A stretch of 19,436 bases of DNA, taken from Armatimonadota bacterium. GTDB lineage: Bacteria; Armatimonadota; Zipacnadia; Zipacnadales; UBA5352. A program made the translations under genes and the position numbers. Numbering within the stretch: the first letter of the stretch is position 1; each line of letters starts with the position of its first letter. Below are positions 14,142 through 19,436 of this stretch, piece by piece. Where the stretch lies: positions 1 to 19,436 of the forward strand of contig JAYENL010000294.1 of NCBI GenBank assembly GCA_034722055.1. The letters are read 5' to 3'. Below the pieces are notes generated by a model. It was given only the letters and a program-made list of their open reading frames with translations, did no database searches and was not told the DNA's origin.

Positions 14142-16070
14142 TTACCAGCGCGCCGGCACCGGCGGCTCCGGAGGCACGGGCGTCCCCTCCCAGGCCAGGT
14201 CGGGCTTTGGCTGCCAGTCCACGTCGAACCAACCGCCGAAGACGTTCGCCTCCGTCTCGCCCACCGTGAACTTCGTGGAATCGAAGATCAGGAAGTCCGG
14301 CAGCATGTCGTGCTTGTGGTTGATGGACAGCCGCCGGCCGTAGAGCTTCCCGGAGTAGATCAGCACGTAGCGATCCGGCTGCAGCGGATTCGGGTAGCAG
14401 AGGACCAGACCCAGCTCATCGCCCTCGAAGGTGCGCCCCATGACGGTGTAGCTGTGATCGCCGATCTGCACCGGCAGACGGTCGGCGATGCGCGCGATGA
14501 CGGCGTTCGTGTCCGGCGTGCCGAAGAGCACCAGGTTTGATCGCTCGATCTCCCCATGGCTGAGCTCCTCATCGGTACAGACGCGTGGCTCGCCGTCCGC
14601 GAACTTGTCCCACTCCTCGGCCCAGGTGCCCACCTTCTCAGCTATCGCCAGGTCCTCTGCATCGGTCCCCGCGGTGCCGCGAACCAGGATGAAGCTGGTG
14701 TTGAACACGTCCTCGGCGGGGCCGCAGAGCCCCTTGCGCTTCACTGGCGGCCAGCCGTCAGATTCCGGCACCTCGGCGACATCGATCACAAGCTCCCCGG
14801 CCTGCACGGGAACGCTCCGCTCCTCGCCGTTGAGGACCACGGGCACGCCGACCTCCAAAGGACAGGTGTCGAGGTCGATGGTCAGCCTCGCCACGTTCTC
14901 GCAGTCGATCTGCAGACGCGCCCCCCCGTCGATGACCCGCGCATCCACCGTTGCCGGCCTCCCCCACCGCTGGAGCTGCTCGATGGTCAGCCAGAACGCC
15001 CGGTTGTAGGCCAGCGAGAAGCAGCGGAAGGTCACGCGCTCGGGCGACGGCTCCAGCGTGAACTGCGGGCACCAGCCCCAGGCATTCTCGAAGCAGGGGG
15101 TGTCCCAGTAGATATAGTGGCTCTGGCCGGTGAACTCGTGGTACTTGACGGGAAGGCCCAGGGAGCGCAGCGTCTGCACCATGGAGCGAGTCTCGGTGAC
15201 GGAGATGAGGTGGTCGAACTCCCCGTGCTGGGCGAAGAAGTGCTGGCCGCGGGCGTTGGTCGCCATCTCCTCAGGGTTGTCCCACTCCACCAGGAAGCGC
15301 TTGAACCCCGCCATGTCGTCGGGGTCCCAGCCCCACCAGCGGAACATGTTCGTCTGCCCGGAGATGGGGGTGACCGCCGCGAAGGTGCCCGGATGCCGCA
15401 GGGCCATGTTCCACGCCCCCATCCCGCCCATGGACACACCGGAGAGATAGATGCGCGCGGGATCGATGCTGTAGAGCCGCTTCATCTCCTCGATGACCCG
15501 GAAGCAGTCCACCTCGCCCACGCCCTGAAAGTCCGTGTTCCGCCGGGCGTAGGGGATGGCCAGCAGGCAGCCGTTCTCCTCGGCGATCTGGCAGAAATCG
15601 TCGGAGAGCACCCAGGGATCGACCACCGTGATGCTGGGCACGTAGCCGTGCAGGAAGACGATCAGCGGCCAGGGGCGCCCGGGATCGTAGTCCTGGGGGA
15701 TGTGCACGTAGAAGGGCTGCACTGTGCGGTCGTTGCGGGTGATGTAGGCCACCTCGACCAGCGTGCTTTTCGGGGGGGTGTAGGGCTCGCCCCGCGGGAG
15801 CATCTCCAGCAGCCGCAGCCCCTCCTCGATCTCCTCGGAGGCGTTGCCGCCCAGCCACAGGCCGCCGCCCTCCTCGAGCATCCGGGCCTTCTTCAGCTTC
15901 AGCATCGCCAGCGGCAGGTTCATGCGCGCTGCCGGGCCCTCGGGAGCCTCGGCTCGCGCCCGGACGATGGCCGTCTGCAGCCTCTCCACCGTGGGCTCCT
16001 GGGCCTGGCAGGGCACGAGCGCGATCGACAGCACGGCCACGGCGGCGACGCGGGCGGCTCTCACAGTCAT
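14142..16070 (-). CDS. Secreted alpha/beta-hydrolase (prolyl oligopeptidase S9-like / esterase)
   Basis: RBS GGAGGG before ATG 16070, signal peptide, 'PLIVFLHG', nucleophile elbow 'RIYLSGVSMGGMG', 'HGEFD' (Asp) and 'GQSH' (His). Confidence 0.85.
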   Translation of the reverse strand: MTVRAARVAAVAVLSIALVPCQAQEPTVERLQTAIVRARAEAPEGPAARMNLPLAMLKLKKARMLEEGGGLWLGGNASEEIEEGLRLLEMLPRGEPYTPPKSTLVEVAYITRNDRTVQPFYVHIPQDYDPGRPWPLIVFLHGYVPSITVVDPWVLSDDFCQIAEENGCLLAIPYARRNTDFQGVGEVDCFRVIEEMKRLYSIDPARIYLSGVSMGGMGAWNMALRHPGTFAAVTPISGQTNMFRWWGWDPDDMAGFKRFLVEWDNPEEMATNARGQHFFAQHGEFDHLISVTETRSMVQTLRSLGLPVKYHEFTGQSHYIYWDTPCFENAWGWCPQFTLEPSPERVTFRCFSLAYNRAFWLTIEQLQRWGRPATVDARVIDGGARLQIDCENVARLTIDLDTCPLEVGVPVVLNGEERSVPVQAGELVIDVAEVPESDGWPPVKRKGLCGPAEDVFNTSFILVRGTAGTDAEDLAIAEKVGTWAEEWDKFADGEPRVCTDEELSHGEIERSNLVLFGTPDTNAVIARIADRLPVQIGDHSYTVMGRTFEGDELGLVLCYPNPLQPDRYVLIYSGKLYGRRLSINHKHDMLPDFLIFDSTKFTVGETEANVFGGWFDVDWQPKPDLAWEGTPVPPEPPVPARW

Positions 16071-16141
16071 CCCTCCATGGCGAGTCTCGGGCGTGGCGTA
16101 GGCTTCGGCGCAGCCAGCCATGGCACCTGCCGGGAGTGCAG

Positions 16142-16201
16142 AACTGAAGCGGCCCCGCCGGTGGCAGACAGGGCTGTCTGGCGGCGGGGCCCGGATCAGT
16201 T
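16142..16201 (-). terminator. Long GC-rich hairpin, possible intrinsic terminator
   Basis: AACTGA/TCAGTT, GGCCCCGCCG/CGGCGGGGCC (16151-16160/16182-16191) and CAGACAG/CTGTCTG nest into one stem. It is followed on the - strand by a weak U-rich tail (CTTCAGTTCT). Confidence 0.5.
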
Positions 16202-16277
16202 AAGACCGCAGAGCCAGGCTGAGGAAACCCTTACTGAGATTCTTTCGCCTCAGCCGGATGCAGTCCGCGGCAGATAG

Positions 16278-16355
16278 CTATCTGCCCGCACCACATCCTC
16301 GCGTCGGGGTCTCCCTCACCATCACTCTGCAGTCATGTCTATCGCCCAACTGCAT
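16278..16355 (-). CDS. Candidate small peptide MQLGDRHDCRVMVRETPTRGCGAGR (or 23 aa from TTG at 16349)
   Basis: Extended SD AGGAGGTGA (16363-16355), with an in-frame TTG at normal spacing, and stop TAG at 16278-16280. It is below the ORF-track size cutoff and its codon usage is atypical. Confidence 0.4.
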   Translation of the reverse strand: MQLGDRHDCRVMVRETPTRGCGAGR

Positions 16356-16462
16356 CACCTCCTGTGGAAACGCGAACGTACGCGTGGTTCAGGGCGCTGA
16401 GGCCCCGTGCGAAAAAAGCGCTGCGAACCCTGGGACATCCTCTGGTGCAGACGCCACAGGAG

Positions 16463-17164
16463 CTACGGTATCTCGATCTCCTCGCCGGGCTCCATCACGC
16501 GCCCGGTGAGGCCCTCGGCCTCGATGCGTCGCACGAACTCCTGGGGGTCGGCCTCGATCACCGGGAAGGTGTCATAGTGCATCGGAACGGTGAGGCCCGC
16601 CCCCAGCATCTTCGCGGCGATTATACCATCTTCGATGCCCATTGTGAAGGTGTCACCGATGGGAATCGTGGTGGCATCGAGGTCATTGAGCCTGCCCAGC
16701 AGCTCGATATCCGCCGACAGAGCGGTGTCTCCGAGGTAGTAAAGTGTCTTGCCGCCCATGGTGACCAGGAAGCCGCAGGGGTTGGAGATGGCCTGGATCT
16801 CATCGTCAGTGACGATCACGGAGCTGTGGTGCGCGACGGTGAGCTTGACGTGCCCGAAGTCGAACTGATGCCCGCCGCCGATGTGCATGGGGAAGACGTC
16901 CTCCACGCCCTGGCGCTGGCAGTACAGCGCCAGCTCGTAGGTGGCCACCAGCGTGGCGCCCGTGCGCCTGGCGATCTCGATGCCGTCGCCGATATGATCG
17001 GAGTGGGCGTGGCTGATGAGCACGCCATCCACATCGATGTCCTCGACGCTCTCGACTGCGTGCGGGTTGTCGCGGATGAACGGGTCCATGATGACACGCT
17101 TCCCGCCCGCGGCCATTGAGAAACAGGCGTGCCCGTGGTACTTCAGTGTCGCACTCATCGTCAT
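16463..17164 (-). CDS. Metal-dependent hydrolase, metallo-beta-lactamase fold (UPF0173-like)
   Basis: 'YHGHACF', 'MDPFI', HxHxDH motif 'SHAHSDHIGD', 'AHHSS', 'YYLGDT', 'PIGDTFTMG', 'PMHYDTFP'. Confidence 0.92.
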   Translation of the reverse strand: MTMSATLKYHGHACFSMAAGGKRVIMDPFIRDNPHAVESVEDIDVDGVLISHAHSDHIGDGIEIARRTGATLVATYELALYCQRQGVEDVFPMHIGGGHQFDFGHVKLTVAHHSSVIVTDDEIQAISNPCGFLVTMGGKTLYYLGDTALSADIELLGRLNDLDATTIPIGDTFTMGIEDGIIAAKMLGAGLTVPMHYDTFPVIEADPQEFVRRIEAEGLTGRVMEPGEEIEIP

Positions 17165-17178
17165 GTGCCCTCCCTGCG

Positions 17179-19119
17179 TCAGATATCTCGACCCGCCAGC
17201 GCGCCCTCGTGCACCGCCGCCTGAGCGTGGCGGGGGCGGTCGGCGTCCCCGATGACGATTGTCGTCAGACGCGCGCTCTCCAGCTCGCCGGCCAGGTCGT
17301 CGTTGGCCCGCCGGCCGATGGCCAGGACCACCGTCCCCGGCTCATCGAAGCGCTTCTCCGCGCCGTCGGGGCCCTCCACCATGATGCCCTCCGCGTCCAG
17401 CCCCAGCGTCCGGTGCCCCGTCAGCATCGTGACGTTCAGCTCCTCCAGCCGCTCCAGCAGGAATGCTCGCGGACCGGACGGAACACGCGAAGCGGCCTCG
17501 TCGTCGGCCTCCAGCAGCGTCACGGGATGGCCCTGCTCGGCGAGCAGGTGGGCGACGTCCGCGCCGGCGCCGCGGCTGCTCACCACGAAGACCGGATCCA
17601 CGATCTCTACCTGGCCCTCCAGCACGTCATCCGCCAGCACGAAGCGCCCGCCGGCGCCGTAGGGCAGCGACTCCGAGCCCAGCGGAAGCGAGCCGGTTGC
17701 GATGATGGCCACATCGGGGTCGAACTGCAGCACGGACCCGCTGGTGGCGTGCGTGAAGCTTTGTACCTCCGCGCCGAGCCGGCCGAGCTCCTCCCGCTGC
17801 CACCGCAGCAGATTCGCCAACTCCCTCTTGCCGGGCGCCTTCGCCGCCAGGCGGAAGGCCCCGCCGACCTCCTCAGTCTGCTCCCAGACCGTGACCTCAT
17901 GTCCTCGATGGGCGGCCACGATGGCCGCCTGCATGCCGCCCGGCCCCGCCCCCACCACCAGCACCCGCCGGCTTTGGCCCGCCTGCGGCCCGGGGTACTG
18001 CGGCCAGTCCACCTCGCGACCGGTCCAGGGATTGGTGGTGCACTGGGTCCGCCCGTCGCCGTAGGAGCGGTCCAGGCAGCCGAGGTTGCAGCCGATGCAG
18101 GGGATAATCTCGTCCTCGCGGCCCTCCCGTGCCTTTCTCGGCCAGTCGGGGTCGGCCAGCAGTGCCCGCCCCAGCGCAACGAGGTCGCAGTGCCCCTGGC
18201 GGATGAACTCGTCCGCCATCTCGGGCCTCAGGATGCGGCCCACCGCGATCACCGGGACGTTCACGACCTCGCGCACGCCCTGGGCGTAGCCGATGAGGTG
18301 CCCCTGCTCCACGTAGTAGGGCGCGGACGCGAAGCGGGCGGTCTCGCCGATGCACACTGAGACGTGCAGGGCCTGGTAGCCGGCCTCCTGCAGCATGGGA
18401 GCGAAGCGGCGGGCCTCCTCCAGGTCGGTGCCATCCGCCACCAGCTCGTCGGCCGAGATGCGGCACCAGCAGGGGAACTGCTCCCCGCAGCGCTCGCCGA
18501 TGGCCGCGCGGACCTCCCGGGCGAAGCGCGTGCGCCGCTGGGTGTCGCCGCCCCACTCGTCCTCCCGGCGGTTCAGCAGTGGTGAGAGGAACGAGCAGCC
18601 CAGGTAGCCGTGCGCCATGTGCACCTCCACGCCGTCGAAGCCCGCCTCCATGGCCCTGCGCGCGCCCTCGCCGAAGGCCTGTACGGCCTCCAGGATCTGC
18701 TGCTGACTCATCTTCTCCGGCGTGCTGCCGCCACGCACGCTCACCGCCGAGGGCGAGAGCGGGCGGCGGCCGATGACGTCCGCGTTCGCCTGGCGGCCGC
18801 CATGCTGAAGCTGCAGCGCGATGCGCCCTCCGGCCTCATGGACGGCGTCGGTGAGCCGCTGCATCCCGGGTATCATGTCATCATCGTAGATCGCCAGCAT
18901 TCGCTCCCCGGTCAGCCCCCAGGGATGCACCGCGCTGTGCTCCACGATCTGCAGGCCCACACCGCCCTCCGCGCGCGCCACGTGGTAGGCGATCAGCCTG
19001 TCGGTCACCCTATGGCTCGTGGTGGCGTAGCCCGTGCCCATGGGGGCCATCACGATGCGGTTGGGCAGCTCCAGCGTGCCGATGCTGATGGGGGAGAAGA
19101 GAGCGTCGAAGTCGGACAC
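17179..19119 (-). CDS. NADH:flavin oxidoreductase (Old Yellow Enzyme barrel + 4Fe-4S + FAD domain; 2,4-dienoyl-CoA reductase/BaiCD-like)
   Basis: GTG 19119 follows RBS GAGGAG. Motifs 'LPNRIVMAPM', 'QLQHGGRQ', 'GFDGVEVHMAHGYL', 'REDEWGG', 'GRALLADPDW', Fe-S motif 'CIGCNLGC...C' and 'VVGAGPGG'. Confidence 0.92.
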   Translation of the reverse strand: MSDFDALFSPISIGTLELPNRIVMAPMGTGYATTSHRVTDRLIAYHVARAEGGVGLQIVEHSAVHPWGLTGERMLAIYDDDMIPGMQRLTDAVHEAGGRIALQLQHGGRQANADVIGRRPLSPSAVSVRGGSTPEKMSQQQILEAVQAFGEGARRAMEAGFDGVEVHMAHGYLGCSFLSPLLNRREDEWGGDTQRRTRFAREVRAAIGERCGEQFPCWCRISADELVADGTDLEEARRFAPMLQEAGYQALHVSVCIGETARFASAPYYVEQGHLIGYAQGVREVVNVPVIAVGRILRPEMADEFIRQGHCDLVALGRALLADPDWPRKAREGREDEIIPCIGCNLGCLDRSYGDGRTQCTTNPWTGREVDWPQYPGPQAGQSRRVLVVGAGPGGMQAAIVAAHRGHEVTVWEQTEEVGGAFRLAAKAPGKRELANLLRWQREELGRLGAEVQSFTHATSGSVLQFDPDVAIIATGSLPLGSESLPYGAGGRFVLADDVLEGQVEIVDPVFVVSSRGAGADVAHLLAEQGHPVTLLEADDEAASRVPSGPRAFLLERLEELNVTMLTGHRTLGLDAEGIMVEGPDGAEKRFDEPGTVVLAIGRRANDDLAGELESARLTTIVIGDADRPRHAQAAVHEGALAGRDI

Positions 19120-19206
19120 CGGTCCATCACTCCTCGCGCAGGGCGTGGGTCGGCCAGGGATGCATTCTGCGTGCCGGGCATTGAGACCTGCCATCGCAGA
19201 AGGACT

Positions 19207-19268
19207 CGACGCATGTGAACATGCGTCGCTCCGATGCCGTACGGAGGGGCGGGCTTCCTTGCCCGCCC
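19207..19268. repeat. Back-to-back pair of GGAG-tagged REP-like hairpins
   Basis: Minus strand GGAG-CGACGCATG-TTCA-CATGCGTCG (19232-19207); plus strand GGAG-GGGCGGGC-TTCCTT-GCCCGCCC (19243-19268), homologous to 12541-12574. Confidence 0.75.
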
Positions 19269-19302
19269 GCGTCGTTGGCCGTCGTCGTGGACCTCCCCCC
19301 GC

Positions 19303-19369
19303 CCCGAGCTTCGCTCGGGCCACCCCCCTCCCTGGCGCCACACACGACGTGGCGCAAGCGGGAGGGGGG
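19303..19369. repeat. Two further hairpins (palindromic repeat element)
   Basis: CCCGAGC-TTC-GCTCGGG (19303-19319) and CCCCCCTCCC...GCGCCAC-loop-GTGGCGC...GGGAGGGGGG (19323-19369). Confidence 0.55.
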
Positions 19370-19420
19370 AACAACGGAGCGCCCCATCCGCCATTGTCGC
19401 TCTCTCGCCGCCGAAATGTG

Positions 19421-19436
19421 GTACGGAGCGGCGGGC
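19421..19436 (+). repeat. Start of another GGAG-tagged REP copy, cut by the window edge
   Basis: GTACGGAGCGGCGGGC is a 15/16 match to 19239-19254. Confidence 0.55.

Noticed and set aside
16278..16355. Lasso peptide precursor (T-x-G pattern) or stop-codon readthrough
   Set aside because: The core would be only 6 aa with no Asp/Glu acceptor, no lasso B/C genes are nearby, and the readthrough product shows nothing recognisable.
16349..16364. ATCACCTCCT resembling the 16S rRNA 3' end
   Set aside because: There is no other rRNA similarity; it is simply the complement of a strong SD on the - strand.
19120..19374. 85-aa N-terminal extension of the oxidoreductase
   Set aside because: It runs through palindromic repeats; the RBS and family homology begin at GTG 19119.

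Overview
GC-rich bacterial chromosomal segment. The style (many large secreted glycoside-hydrolase-like proteins) resembles Armatimonadota or Planctomycetota; this is inference only. The + strand carries a 5'-truncated DUF4091/GH123-like gene, a probable operon (BatA/vWA protein, atypical alanine racemase, GHL10-like hydrolase, GH20/GH84-like hydrolase), and a DUF2330 gene. The - strand carries an OYE-type NADH:flavin oxidoreductase, a metallo-beta-lactamase-fold hydrolase, a secreted alpha/beta-hydrolase, a BNR/Asp-box protein and an orphan 224-aa gene. Three non-coding areas stand out. (1) The orphan gene is bracketed by two inverted, diverged copies of a 145-190 bp element made of three REP-like hairpins. 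(2) A wider family of GTAG/GTGG/GGAG-tagged hairpins conserves structure rather than sequence. (3) A 390-bp, highly structured intergenic region hides a 23-25 codon ORF with a very strong, apparently sequestered Shine-Dalgarno sequence. No rRNA, tRNA, CRISPR array, transposase or integrase was seen.
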